In this document: piece after piece, positions 21,209 through 31,172 of the stretch
How the letters are laid out: every line of letters begins with the position of its first letter
Numbering within the stretch: position 1 is the first letter of the stretch
Assembly: GCA_049512075.1 (NCBI GenBank)
Contig: JBEKXL010000014.1
Coordinates: forward strand, 1-64,000
Direction: 5' to 3'
Source: Candidatus Bathyarchaeia archaeon
GTDB taxonomy: Archaea; Thermoproteota; Bathyarchaeia; Bathyarchaeales; Bathycorpusculaceae
Length of the DNA: 64,000 nucleotides
Position numbers and translations under genes: made by a program
The notes under the pieces: model-generated
Told to the model about the DNA's origin: nothing
Database searches by the model: none
Seen by the model: only the letters and a program-made list of their open reading frames with translations

Positions 21209-21417
21209 GGCTTGTCCCTGAAATGGTTAAAAATGGTTTTTATTCCTTTTTGGGAAGTTTTGGTATGGGAAAACCCTGATTGCTGCAGGATTTTTCGAAA
21301 CTCCTGTGATTTGACGTCCGTGAACGCAGCTAACATTCGCCGTTAAAGAAGCCTAAATTGGACGCAAAAGGGCAAAAGAAGAATAAGGACCATTTTACAC
21401 CAATTTCGGGACAGGCC
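21209..21417. mobile_element. MITE, 209 bp, about 43-bp imperfect TIRs, 8-bp flanking duplication AGCGCGCT
   Basis: Left end GGCTTGTCCCTGAAATGGTTAAAAATGGTTTTTATTC versus reverse-complemented right end GGCCTGTCCCGAAATTGGTGTAAAATGGTCCTTATTC. AGCGCGCT at 21201-21208 and 21418-21425. Confidence 0.85.
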
Positions 21418-21653
21418 AGCGCGCTATTCAATACCTAAGAAACGTTCCATGACAAAGTGTCGTGGCGTGGGCTAATCATAGATTTTGCGTGTTTTTTGAT
21501 TTCTATTTGTGTCCGTGGAATATTGCTTAAATAGGCGCTTCTTTGAGTGATTGTTGGATAATATGTGTCTTAGGAACTGTGGCCGTGATTTTGTTGATTT
21601 CGTGCTTCTTTCTTGCAGGATAGTAATATTGCCATCTCTATGGGTTTGCGAAA

Positions 21654-23276
21654 ATGTGGCGAGGTGTGGTGTTTTTGCCCGATGATTTGTCTAGGGTGAC
21701 TGAGGATTCGGCGCGGGGCGGGTTCTTTCTTTTTTCTGGTTCGGCGTTGGCCACCGTGGTTCTTGCGATTTCCGCGATACTTGTGGGGAGGCTGTTGGGG
21801 CCTGATTTATATGGGCAATATAACCTTGTCATAACTGTTCCTGGTCTGGTGTTGTTATTCACGGATTTTGGTATCACCATTGGCGTAACCCGTTTTGCCG
21901 CAAGTCTTCATAATGAGGGAGAAGATTCACGCGCGCATATTATTATTCGGGTTGGAGTTTGGTTTGGGTTTCTTGTTGGGTTGGTCGCGACGGTTCTGAG
22001 CGTCATTTTTGCTGGTTATTTAGCGTTAGTGATAAACAGGCCGGATTTTGCCTTCTACGTTCAGATAGCATCCTTATCTATAGTCTTCCAAGTCGTGTAC
22101 GGGATTTCTAACGCAGCTTTCGTGGGTTTGGACAGGGCGGAATATAGCGCAGTAGCAACGAACGTTCAGGCTCTTGCGAAGACGGTGCTGCAAGTGACTT
22201 TTGTGCTTGTTAGTTTCACTATGGCCGGAGTCTTGGTCGGTTATGTTGGCGGTTTCGTTGTTGCTTCAATTATGGGAGTCTCAATTCTGTATTTTAGGTT
22301 GTTGAAGCCAGTTAGAAGTCGTAATGATAGTCCAGAAAATCCAAATGTTGAGGGCCGCGGGCAGATTCTGAATCTCTTGGTCCATTATGGAATGCCATTA
22401 TACGCGTCTACTCTCTTGGCTGGCTTCCTACCGTTTTATCAGCGGATAGTGCTGGGGGTTTTCACTACGAATGCTTCCGTAGGAAGCTATTCGGCCGCTG
22501 CTAACTTCGTGGTTTTGCTTGCGGTTATCCCGACTTCTATTACCACAGCCTTACTTCCGGCCTTTTCGAAACTCGATTCCTCCTCAACTCATGATATCGT
22601 GAACGCTTTCTTTAAATTGGCGAACAAGTACACCTGCTTATTGATGGTGCCTGCCACAACGCTGCTCCTTCTGTTCTCGAATCAGGTTGTGGCGATAGTA
22701 TATGGTTCGGCGTACAGTTCTGCTGGGTTGTACTTGGCGGTTATGGTATTAGTGTATTTCTTGGTAGCGGCAGGCAACCTAAGCTTGCCGAGTCTTTTCA
22801 ATGGTTTTGGAAAGACGAGGCTAACTCTAAAGGTGACATTGGTGAACACATTCGTTGTCGTAGTGTTGTCTCCTGTCCTTTCTCCGGTATATGGGGTCGT
22901 AGGGGTGATATTGGCAACATTCATAGGTGGACTTGCGTCAACATCATACGCTGCGTATATTGGAATTCATGAACTTAAGGTTAATTTTCAAGTGAAACCG
23001 GTGGTGAAGATATATCTCGCTGGGCTATTATCGAGCTTGTTACCGTTGGTTGTGCTTCTTTTCATGTGGGCGCATCAGGTTGAAGTCTTGGTTGTAGGGA
23101 CAGTTCTATTTGTGGCTTTCTACGTCACGCTGATACCGCTACTTAGAATTGTTGACGAAAACGAACTCGCTGCGTTGCGTCGAATGACAGCCCAGATTCG
23201 AGTGTTAAATGTAATCGCAAAGCCTGTACTCAAATACATGCAGAAAATCTTATCCTTGACTTCAGGTTCCAAATAA
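21654..23276 (+). CDS. MOP-superfamily oligosaccharide flippase (Wzx/AglR-like)
   Basis: About 14 TM helices; RLLGPDLYGQY, FTDFGI..GVTRF, VGSYSAA, LLPAFSKL. Confidence 0.9.
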   Translation: MWRGVVFLPDDLSRVTEDSARGGFFLFSGSALATVVLAISAILVGRLLGPDLYGQYNLVITVPGLVLLFTDFGITIGVTRFAASLHNEGEDSRAHIIIRVGVWFGFLVGLVATVLSVIFAGYLALVINRPDFAFYVQIASLSIVFQVVYGISNAAFVGLDRAEYSAVATNVQALAKTVLQVTFVLVSFTMAGVLVGYVGGFVVASIMGVSILYFRLLKPVRSRNDSPENPNVEGRGQILNLLVHYGMPLYASTLLAGFLPFYQRIVLGVFTTNASVGSYSAAANFVVLLAVIPTSITTALLPAFSKLDSSSTHDIVNAFFKLANKYTCLLMVPATTLLLLFSNQVVAIVYGSAYSSAGLYLAVMVLVYFLVAAGNLSLPSLFNGFGKTRLTLKVTLVNTFVVVVLSPVLSPVYGVVGVILATFIGGLASTSYAAYIGIHELKVNFQVKPVVKIYLAGLLSSLLPLVVLLFMWAHQVEVLVVGTVLFVAFYVTLIPLLRIVDENELAALRRMTAQIRVLNVIAKPVLKYMQKILSLTSGSK

Positions 23277-24130
23277 CAATACAGACAGATGCAAATTTGT
23301 GGCGACATCAGGAGGTCCTGTAGTCGAAAGGAGTCTCAACTGCGATCGGTTTTCTTATGCGTTTTCCTGTTCTCCTGGGATCGCGTAACCTCGGAAAGCG
23401 CGCGCGTATTAAAGTGTTTTTTCATTCTTTCATCTCCTGGTCTCCGAGTCATGTAAATCAAGCGCATTCCCAAAGCTGACAATTGAGAATTTGTCGGTGG
23501 TGGAAGACTGATGCCGTAACAAGCTTCAGCCACGTTTCGGGTTTGCACTTCATCATCATTCCGCCGAAGTCTTTTACAGTGTCTGGTTCAACTGATAATG
23601 GTATTTGAAAAGCCTTCTTTGGCTGAGTGTCAAAGGTTCTTTGCAGAACCAATGAGATCGACTATGAATTGGTCGCCCAGTCGCCATCGCATGTTCGCGA
23701 AGTGCTGGTTTATGTATGAAGAGGTCTTTGCTGATAACCCAAATAGGCTTCTCAAAAAGGGAATAGAGATGCCTTTTGGAGAAAATTGGATAAATCAGAA
23801 CGAACCCACAGAAGCCAACTCTTTCATTCATCTATGGCATATGCTGAGGTGACACTATCTGTGATAGGCATTGGACTTGATAACGAGAATGCAGCGTCGG
23901 TCATTACTTGCTTCAATTATGTCCTTTCAGCAGGCTGAGGCCATGTGAAAGCAGAGTTGTCCCTTGGTTGGGTTTTTGAGTGTGATTCCGTTTTCCTGCA
24001 AGACCGAAACACTCTCGTTCAATGGAGGATTCCTGACAATGGGTCAAAAGATTTGTACACGCAAAGGTTATTGTCCAAAAACATAGATTTAAATTATCGT
24101 TCACCAATGATATTTCCTGTCTAGAAGGGG

Positions 24131-25705
24131 ATGGGGAAGATGGATGTTCGCAACTGCATTAATGATAGAGAGGACAGGCCGTGCTGTTCAAACACAGCTT
24201 CTGTGTTGCATGCGAATCAAAAGAGAAGGAGCATAAGATTGAACGCGCAAGTGTTCATAGTTTTCTTAGTTGCGTTTTTGGCCTTTACTCTGCTTGTTCC
24301 GCTTCAGCCCTCTATTGTGCCGTTCGTTTATGCGTCAAGCAATGGCTCACATTGGGGAGTTAACTATTCAAGTGACAACTGGCAATACAACACGGACGAT
24401 GCCATTCTAAAACGCGACTTTCTGCTCTTTAATAACAGCGGTATTGACATCATCAGTGTGATGTTGACTTGGAGCGCGATTGAACCATTTCCAGGAGTGT
24501 TCAATACAGCTTTTCTAAATAGAATAATACATCTGTGTGCCATTGCGAATGCCTACGGGATAGATGTGATGATGGATTTCCATACTTTAAGCTACGATAA
24601 CAGTTACACTATCCCCTCTTGGGTGTTTCCGCAACGATTGGCAACTGTCGTATTAAATCCTGAGATTCGGAACTCCTGGCTCAATTATCAACTCTATGTC
24701 ATCAATTATTTTTCCGGAATCAAAAATCTGCACAGCTGGCAGATAATGAATGAACCTCTAATAACGGGACACGGCGAAACGCAGCAGGGTTTTGTTGATC
24801 TGTGGACAGATGAAGTTGCCCTTTTCCGAGCCCACTCAGATTTGCCTATTTCGTTACGTTTTGGATGCTGGAGTTTCAATGCCTATTGGAAGAATTATTC
24901 CAAGATCTACGATCTGTTTGACTATATGAGTTATAATTGGTATCCTGCCAAGGGGGAAACTTGCCTCAGAAGCGCAGTTGACCTCGCAAATAGTCATGGA
25001 TTGCAGCCTCTTATAACAGAGTACGGTTTGGCAGACTGGAACGATACCGATCAAGATGCCAGTTACGTGTATCAGATTAACCTTTTCAAATCGATGGGCA
25101 TCAATTTCGGGTTGGCTTGGCAGTACGGGGATTTTGATGGAGGCGCAGGTTATAGTCTTTACAACATGACTGGAAATTGTGTTCGCCCTGCGTTCTATAG
25201 GATTGCGCAAGCCAACGATGTGCAAGGAGTCTACGTGCTTGAAATAACTTTGGCAAAAACAATTATTGAACAAGGGTATTGCACAGATGTTGAAGTAACG
25301 GTTCTCAACGAGTGTGCTTCACCAGAAAGTTTCCTGCTTGACGTGTACGCGAATTCTACGCTAGTTGATATGAGAAACGAAACGGTTCAAAGCGGCGTTT
25401 CTACAGTCCTGCATTTCACATGTAACATGACAGTCCCTTGCGGAAAATATACTATAAATGTGGTTATTGAGCCTCTTCCGGGTCAGGCAAATGTCGCTTA
25501 CAACCACTACACTGGCAGCAACATAACAGTGACTGTTAAAGGTGACCTCAATGGAGACTTCACGGCCAATCTGGTAGATTTAACGATGCTGGCACGAGCG
25601 TTCGGGTCCAAGCCAGGCAATGCGAACTGGAACCCCAATGCGGACATAAACAACAATGGTGAAGTGGACCTCCCGGACTTGGCCACATTAGCGCGCGCGT
25701 TATAG
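24131..25705 (+). CDS. Secreted clan GH-A glycoside hydrolase (GH5/GH42-like) + CARDB/Ig + dockerin-like domain
   Basis: TM/signal segment; WSAIEP; WQIMNEP (acid/base); ITEYG (nucleophile); GDLNGDFTANLVD...NPNADINNNGEVDLPD. Confidence 0.82.
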   Translation: MGKMDVRNCINDREDRPCCSNTASVLHANQKRRSIRLNAQVFIVFLVAFLAFTLLVPLQPSIVPFVYASSNGSHWGVNYSSDNWQYNTDDAILKRDFLLFNNSGIDIISVMLTWSAIEPFPGVFNTAFLNRIIHLCAIANAYGIDVMMDFHTLSYDNSYTIPSWVFPQRLATVVLNPEIRNSWLNYQLYVINYFSGIKNLHSWQIMNEPLITGHGETQQGFVDLWTDEVALFRAHSDLPISLRFGCWSFNAYWKNYSKIYDLFDYMSYNWYPAKGETCLRSAVDLANSHGLQPLITEYGLADWNDTDQDASYVYQINLFKSMGINFGLAWQYGDFDGGAGYSLYNMTGNCVRPAFYRIAQANDVQGVYVLEITLAKTIIEQGYCTDVEVTVLNECASPESFLLDVYANSTLVDMRNETVQSGVSTVLHFTCNMTVPCGKYTINVVIEPLPGQANVAYNHYTGSNITVTVKGDLNGDFTANLVDLTMLARAFGSKPGNANWNPNADINNNGEVDLPDLATLARAL

Positions 25706-25901
25706 TTTGAGCTCTCATTTCTCAATAGAACATATGAAGTTTTCTTATAGAAAATTGTCATAGGTGTTTTATAGAATATCGTTTAAATATCTGCTTCCCG
25801 AACTATTGTAGTTGTATGTAGGAGAAGCGTGGAGTAAGACTGGATAACACTGGGTTGAATTTATCTGTTCTTGTCTGCTCCTGTCAGGGAGGGATTAAGT
25901 A

Positions 25902-26309
25902 GTGGCTTGTCTAGCAGAGAACGCAAAAGATCAAGCTTTGCGTGTCGAGCAACTAAAGATAGAATGGAAACGCCTGTGGAAGGAACATCTTGATGACAAG
26001 GTTCGTGCTGAGGGTGTAGCAAGTGAAGACTTTTCTGGATTATTCGTCGAAAAGGGTACAGTTATTTTTGCCACGAGAGACTTCAAATTCTTAACATTTG
26101 GAGGCATCCTAGAAGAGAATGGGATAGGCGACATACACAGGTTTGTTTCGCCAAGCCCCGCAATCGGAGGATGGAGGAAATTCATAAAGGCTTCAATTGT
26201 GTATGATAGGCCACTCCGAGAGAACCGTCGATGCCGTGAAAGTTTTTTGACGGAAGGGAAGAAAGTGCAACAGTTGAAGAAGGGCGGAAGAGGATGGCTC
26301 CACCTTTAG
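25902..26309 (+). CDS. Conserved hypothetical protein, paralog 2 (ends KGGRGWLH)
   Basis: Paralog of 19910-20314, with an identical 31-bp leader. Confidence 0.75.
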   Translation: MACLAENAKDQALRVEQLKIEWKRLWKEHLDDKVRAEGVASEDFSGLFVEKGTVIFATRDFKFLTFGGILEENGIGDIHRFVSPSPAIGGWRKFIKASIVYDRPLRENRRCRESFLTEGKKVQQLKKGGRGWLHL

Positions 26310-26373
26310 ATATCTTATGAATACCTTGTTCATTTAGATCTAAACTGTTTGACTTATTTTCGAGGGGAGATGC

Positions 26374-26685
26374 ATGGGTTATAGAAGTAGGTTCGATATT
26401 ATAGCTGACATGCTCGGTGTCGTCAGTGGGCAGACAAAAAAGACACACATCATGTATGGTGCTAATTTGAGTTATGGGCTCTTGAAGAGGTATCTTGCGG
26501 AAATTACTCGTTCTGGTCTGGTAGTTTACGAACGGAAGAGGCGTTATTATATACTCACGAATAAAGGCAGGGCCTTTTTGGGTGCATACAAAGAGTATTC
26601 GCGACATGCGGGTTTTGTCGAGAAACACGTTAATAGCTTCAAGTTGAAGGAGAAGGCGTTGGAGAAGCTTTGCCGCGACACGTAG
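26374..26685 (+). CDS. Winged-helix transcription regulator (HTH_45 type)
   Basis: YRSRFDIIADML...KKTHIMYGANLSY...YILTNKGRAFL. Confidence 0.88.
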   Translation: MGYRSRFDIIADMLGVVSGQTKKTHIMYGANLSYGLLKRYLAEITRSGLVVYERKRRYYILTNKGRAFLGAYKEYSRHAGFVEKHVNSFKLKEKALEKLCRDT

Positions 26686-26768
26686 ATTTGAACGATAACA
26701 CGGTTTGGTGAACTCGTTTGTCCGTTGGATTTAAGTATCTGCTGTGCGGTTACTTTTTCATAAGAGGA

Positions 26769-27269
26769 ATGAGCTTGCAATTCTCGGTTAGATTCTTAGC
26801 CGCAATAGCTATAGTCGCCATCTTATTCCCTGTGGCTACGCCACTCATTCCAGCTGAATCTGCTCAAAATGCCTCGGTCGAAATAGCTAATGCTAGCCAG
26901 GCGTTGAGTGCGGCGTTCATCAAGGTTTCAGAAGCAGAGAGAGATGGCGTGAATGTAAGTGGCTTGACAAACAGGTTGAACAAAGCAGGGGGTATTTTAA
27001 CGTCTGCCCAAGAAGCTCTCGAAGAAGGAAACTATTCAGGCGCCGTGAGTCAGGCAGTTTCTGTAACCGATTTTGCAAACGGCATCGCTCTCGACGCGAC
27101 TGGGCTGATGAACCAAGCGGCGACACAACCATCCAGCTTGCTGCTGTCGCTGTTGTTCACTCTTGTTGGTTCCGTAGCTCTTGTTGCAGTTCTGTTTTTG
27201 ATGTGGCGTCGTTTTAAACCGTATTATACTCGCAAACTATTGAAGACTAACCCGAGGTTGAGTGGTTGA
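26769..27269 (+). CDS. Membrane-anchored helical hypothetical protein
   Basis: N-terminal signal/TM; AERDGVNVSGL..RLN.A helical bundle; C-terminal TM. Stop overlaps the next start. Confidence 0.7.
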   Translation: MSLQFSVRFLAAIAIVAILFPVATPLIPAESAQNASVEIANASQALSAAFIKVSEAERDGVNVSGLTNRLNKAGGILTSAQEALEEGNYSGAVSQAVSVTDFANGIALDATGLMNQAATQPSSLLLSLLFTLVGSVALVAVLFLMWRRFKPYYTRKLLKTNPRLSG

Positions 27270-27883
27270 TGTGGTCTCTGGATGATTACCGATATATCTT
27301 CGTGTTTGTTGGTCTCATTGGGATAATTCTCCTTAGCGTGCCTTCCGCGTCCATTCTCATAAGCTCTCAGCAAGGGGACCCCTTTTCTGAGCTGTACATT
27401 CTTGGGTCAGAACACATCGCAGAAAAATATCCATTCAATATCAGTTCAGACAGCGATTATTCAGTCTATTTGGGTGTTGTGAATCATTTGGGCAGTTCTG
27501 CATTCTATGAGGTTGACTTGAAGCTGCTCAACAGTTCTGATGCTGTTCCTGACACTGCTTCTGGAGTTTCTAGTCCATTGCCTGTTTTATACAGCTACAA
27601 TGTGTTCCTGCTGGACGGGCAGACTTGGGAAACGATTTCGGATTTTTCGTTTTCCAATGTGACTATCCACGAACTTTCTGGAAGGACCGTGTTATACGTG
27701 GGTGTAATGAACATAAATCATATTCCCGTCCAAGTGGACAACAGCGTGGAATGGGATAGCGAGAACAGCGGGTATTTTTACAGGTTCGTCGTGGAGTTGT
27801 GGCGATACAATACTACAAGCAATGCCTTTAGGTTTGACGGCCGATTTGTGTCTCTCTGGTTGAATGTGACGTCGAGTGGATAA
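27266..27883 (+). CDS. DUF1616-like membrane-anchored protein
   Basis: FSELYILG...AEKYP...LGVVNHLG...LWLNVT, characteristic of archaeal DUF1616 C-terminal domains. Confidence 0.75.
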   Translation: MMWSLDDYRYIFVFVGLIGIILLSVPSASILISSQQGDPFSELYILGSEHIAEKYPFNISSDSDYSVYLGVVNHLGSSAFYEVDLKLLNSSDAVPDTASGVSSPLPVLYSYNVFLLDGQTWETISDFSFSNVTIHELSGRTVLYVGVMNINHIPVQVDNSVEWDSENSGYFYRFVVELWRYNTTSNAFRFDGRFVSLWLNVTSSG

Positions 27884-28026
27884 TTCTCCATGGGTGACGA
27901 TTTAACCTGCGAACCGCGTGCGCTGTAATGAATGGCTCCCTCGGTCGTTAAAATGTAAGATTATTATGGAAGTAGATTCCATTAGTGTTTAAATTTATGG
28001 TTCAGATAGTTAATCATGAAGCATAA

Positions 28027-28740
28027 TTGTCGGTGTCATATATGAATAGAGAAAGGCCCCACGTTCCCTTGGCAATCGTTGCAGCCATGAACGAAGAAGA
28101 GGGTATTGGACCGACAATAGCGGAGCTTTGGCAATATGTGAAGAACATTGAAGTCTTGGTAGTGGATGGCAATAGCCGAGATAACACGGTCAGAATTGCG
28201 GAGGATATGGGCGCCAACGTTATTTTCCAAGAGGGAAAGGGAAAGGGCGATGCAATTGCACAGGCAATAAGGCATATCAATTTGCATGGTATTGAACCTA
28301 GTTATGTTGCCTTGACAGATGCTGACTACACTTATCCGGCAAAGTTTATGCTACGTATGATAGACATACTGAATGAAAAGCCAAGCGTAGGCATGGTTTG
28401 CGGCAACAGGTTCAATTCACACTTTCACCTAGAGGCTATGCATGACATGTTTTACGCAGGAAACAGGTTTTTGGCTTTTGCACACAACTTGATGAATGGA
28501 GTAGCCTTGCGCGATCCTCTCACGGGCTTGCGAGTATTGCGTTGGGAAATAATAAGAGATTGGGTTCCGAAGTCCACAGGCTTTGATATAGAAGTTGAGT
28601 TGAACCACCAAGTTGAGAGAAAGAAATACGATATCGTAGAGATACCAATAGCTTACAGAGCCAGGATGGGCGAAAAGAAGCTAAAGATGAGACACGGCGC
28701 TACTATTCTGAAAAGGATACTACTGGAAGCACGTAACTAA
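28027..28740 (+). CDS. GT2 glycosyltransferase, paralog 2
   Basis: Same motifs as 20501-21202 (TDADYTYP, DPLTGLR, GFDIEVELNH). Confidence 0.92.
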   Translation: MSVSYMNRERPHVPLAIVAAMNEEEGIGPTIAELWQYVKNIEVLVVDGNSRDNTVRIAEDMGANVIFQEGKGKGDAIAQAIRHINLHGIEPSYVALTDADYTYPAKFMLRMIDILNEKPSVGMVCGNRFNSHFHLEAMHDMFYAGNRFLAFAHNLMNGVALRDPLTGLRVLRWEIIRDWVPKSTGFDIEVELNHQVERKKYDIVEIPIAYRARMGEKKLKMRHGATILKRILLEARN

Positions 28741-28834
28741 TTAATAATCACCCCTCGCCATTCGGGCGACATTCCTGAAAGCATTGTTCCTAGAAGTGCG
28801 TGCTAGTCTGGACGTAGCAATCAGGTGAGTATAA

Positions 28835-29746
28835 TTGGGAGTCTCAGTCGTGATATCTACATACACAAAAAGCAGGCTTAACTCAGTCTTGAGCTGCATA
28901 AAGTCTCTGAAGGAGCAGTCGCTGAAGCCAGATGAAATGTTGGTGGTTTTGGATCCAATTCCCGATTTGGTGGATTTCTACAGATCAAGACTGCCAAGCC
29001 AAACGAAGATTGTCGTCAGCAAATTGTGCGGACTTTCGAGCGCGAGAAACGCAGGTGCCCGGGCTGGAAGTGGAGATATTATTGCCTTCATCGACGATGA
29101 TGCAGTAGCTGGTGAACATTGGCTCGAGAACTTGGTTCGGGGCTACGAGGAACCCAATGTTGCCGGAGTTGGAGGTTCAATACGCCCCAATTGGAAAAAT
29201 CGACCGCCTAGATGGTTTCCCGAAGAGCTCTTTTGGATAATCGGTTGCACCTACAAGGGTATGCCCACGATGAAGTGCGATGTGAGGAACCCTATAGGAT
29301 GTAACATGTCCTTTGTCAAGAACATCTTCGGAAAGGTAGGGTATTTCAGACCCGATGTTGGGCGGTTCGGGAAAATGTTATTGGCTGGAGAGGAGGCAGA
29401 GTTCTCTATTAGAATTCAGAACATGATTCCAGAATCAAGGATTGTTTATGAACCTTCAGCTGTTGTCTTTCATGACGTTGCCAAAAACAGAGCTAGTCTA
29501 GGGTATGTCTGGAAGAGATCTTTTTATGAAGGGGTCTCAAAAGCTCTTATTCAGAGATTATGGCATGGGCATGGTTCACGGACACAGCTCTCAACTGAGC
29601 AGAGTTACTTGAAATACCTTCTAGCCAAAGCAATTCCATCTAGGATAGCGCGGATATACGATCCTGGAGTTCTTTCTCAAATCATTATATTGTTTTTTTC
29701 AATGAGTGCTGTATACGCGGGCTACTTGATAGGCAGGCTTCGTTGA
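28835..29746 (+). CDS. GT2 glycosyltransferase (AglG-like)
   Basis: VSVVISTY, GLSSARNAG, AFIDDDA, IGCNMSF, AGEEAEF. Confidence 0.9.
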   Translation: MGVSVVISTYTKSRLNSVLSCIKSLKEQSLKPDEMLVVLDPIPDLVDFYRSRLPSQTKIVVSKLCGLSSARNAGARAGSGDIIAFIDDDAVAGEHWLENLVRGYEEPNVAGVGGSIRPNWKNRPPRWFPEELFWIIGCTYKGMPTMKCDVRNPIGCNMSFVKNIFGKVGYFRPDVGRFGKMLLAGEEAEFSIRIQNMIPESRIVYEPSAVVFHDVAKNRASLGYVWKRSFYEGVSKALIQRLWHGHGSRTQLSTEQSYLKYLLAKAIPSRIARIYDPGVLSQIIILFFSMSAVYAGYLIGRLR

Positions 29747-29767
29747 AGCACCATTCAAACACTGAAC

Positions 29768-31168
29768 TTGGAACAGGATGACACGAAAATGCTTGAGAAA
29801 GAATCCGCCATGAACTCAGCTAGAGTGAAGTTTCTCGTGATAAACGTCTGCAATCCTCTTAGCATGGGAGGCGCAGCCATAACTAGCGTTCTTGTTAAGT
29901 CATTGAAAGACCGTTTTCCCAATGCAACCGTTGCCTTAATGCCGTCGCGCTGGAAGGATCGCGAGATATACCAAAATGAGTACGGAATGGAAGGAGTTGC
30001 ATTCGTTCGTCACTTGTGGTATAGAGAGCGCTATTCAACATCTGCAACTATAATGCATTCTTCACTGCCTGCTCTAAACGCACTTCTGAGACTTTCAATC
30101 AGCAATGTTTTGAGAAAACTTGGTTTAGCTAGTGGGAATCCTCTTTCAGGATACGATGCAATACTCGATCTCAATTCAGATGCAATTAACGAACATTACG
30201 GAACAGTTTTTCCCTTGTACACTTTGTTCAATCTGTTTCTTGCATCATTGTCGGGCAAGCCTGTGATAGTGTGCCCTTGCACAATAGGCAAATTTAAGAA
30301 ACCTTTGAAATTCATCGTAAAGTTCGTTCTGAACAGAATGGACACTGTGATGGTTAGGGAAGAGATAGGAAGAAAAAACCTAACATGGCTTGGTGTCTCA
30401 AAACCCAACATAGCAGTGGTTTCCGACCTGGCTTTTCTTTTTGAGCCCGCGAAAGACAAAGGAACTCTTGTTGGAGTCACTTTGGCACATCTTGAGAGGC
30501 CCATAGTAGGCATTGCCCCTAGTCAGGAAATCTCCCGTTATGCATTTGTAAATAGTAATGAGAGCCCAGATATGAAATATGAGAGTTACATAGGGCTGAT
30601 GGCACAACTTGTGGATTTTGTGGTCAGAAATCTAAATGCATCCGTAATATTGGTTCCACACTCGTTGAGTGAAAGGGGCACAGCGAGATACCGTTGGTTA
30701 GAGGATAGGATAGCATGCAATCGAATATACTCACGGATTCAAGAAAAGAAAAAAACAACGTTATTAAAGGGACCTTTTAGGCCAGATGAGCTAAAAGCTT
30801 TGATAGGAGCATGCGATTTGGTCATTGGTTGTAGAATGCATGCGACGATAGCCTCGACAAGCTCGGCTGTGCCAACGGTTGTTGTGGCTTATGGTGAGAA
30901 GTTCGATGGGATAATTGGTGCACAAATGGGTCAGAAGGATCGAATAGTGAATATAGGTCAGAGCTATCAAGTGGTTCTTGATCAGCTCGAGGCAAAAATA
31001 AGAAGTACTTGGGAAGACAAGGATGACATCCACATAAATCTGAAGAAAAGGCTTAAGTCCGTCAAAGAGTCTTCATCGACCGCGTTTGCCCTTATCGGAA
31101 GATCATTACAGGAAGAAGGGATTCATTTGAATTCGAAGAGCAAACGAATGTCTAAATCTGAGAGCTGA
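29768..31168 (+). CDS. Polysaccharide pyruvyl-transferase-like protein (WcaK family)
   Basis: SMGGAAI, TIGKF, VMVRE, DLAFLF, IGCRMHATIAS...AYGEKF. Confidence 0.85.
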   Translation: MEQDDTKMLEKESAMNSARVKFLVINVCNPLSMGGAAITSVLVKSLKDRFPNATVALMPSRWKDREIYQNEYGMEGVAFVRHLWYRERYSTSATIMHSSLPALNALLRLSISNVLRKLGLASGNPLSGYDAILDLNSDAINEHYGTVFPLYTLFNLFLASLSGKPVIVCPCTIGKFKKPLKFIVKFVLNRMDTVMVREEIGRKNLTWLGVSKPNIAVVSDLAFLFEPAKDKGTLVGVTLAHLERPIVGIAPSQEISRYAFVNSNESPDMKYESYIGLMAQLVDFVVRNLNASVILVPHSLSERGTARYRWLEDRIACNRIYSRIQEKKKTTLLKGPFRPDELKALIGACDLVIGCRMHATIASTSSAVPTVVVAYGEKFDGIIGAQMGQKDRIVNIGQSYQVVLDQLEAKIRSTWEDKDDIHINLKKRLKSVKESSSTAFALIGRSLQEEGIHLNSKSKRMSKSES

Positions 31169-31172
31169 AATT

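Noticed and set aside
23460-23900. Degenerate glycosyltransferase remnant / ORF 23598-23852
   Set aside because: Only faint GSTD-like fragments across broken frames; not enough to call.
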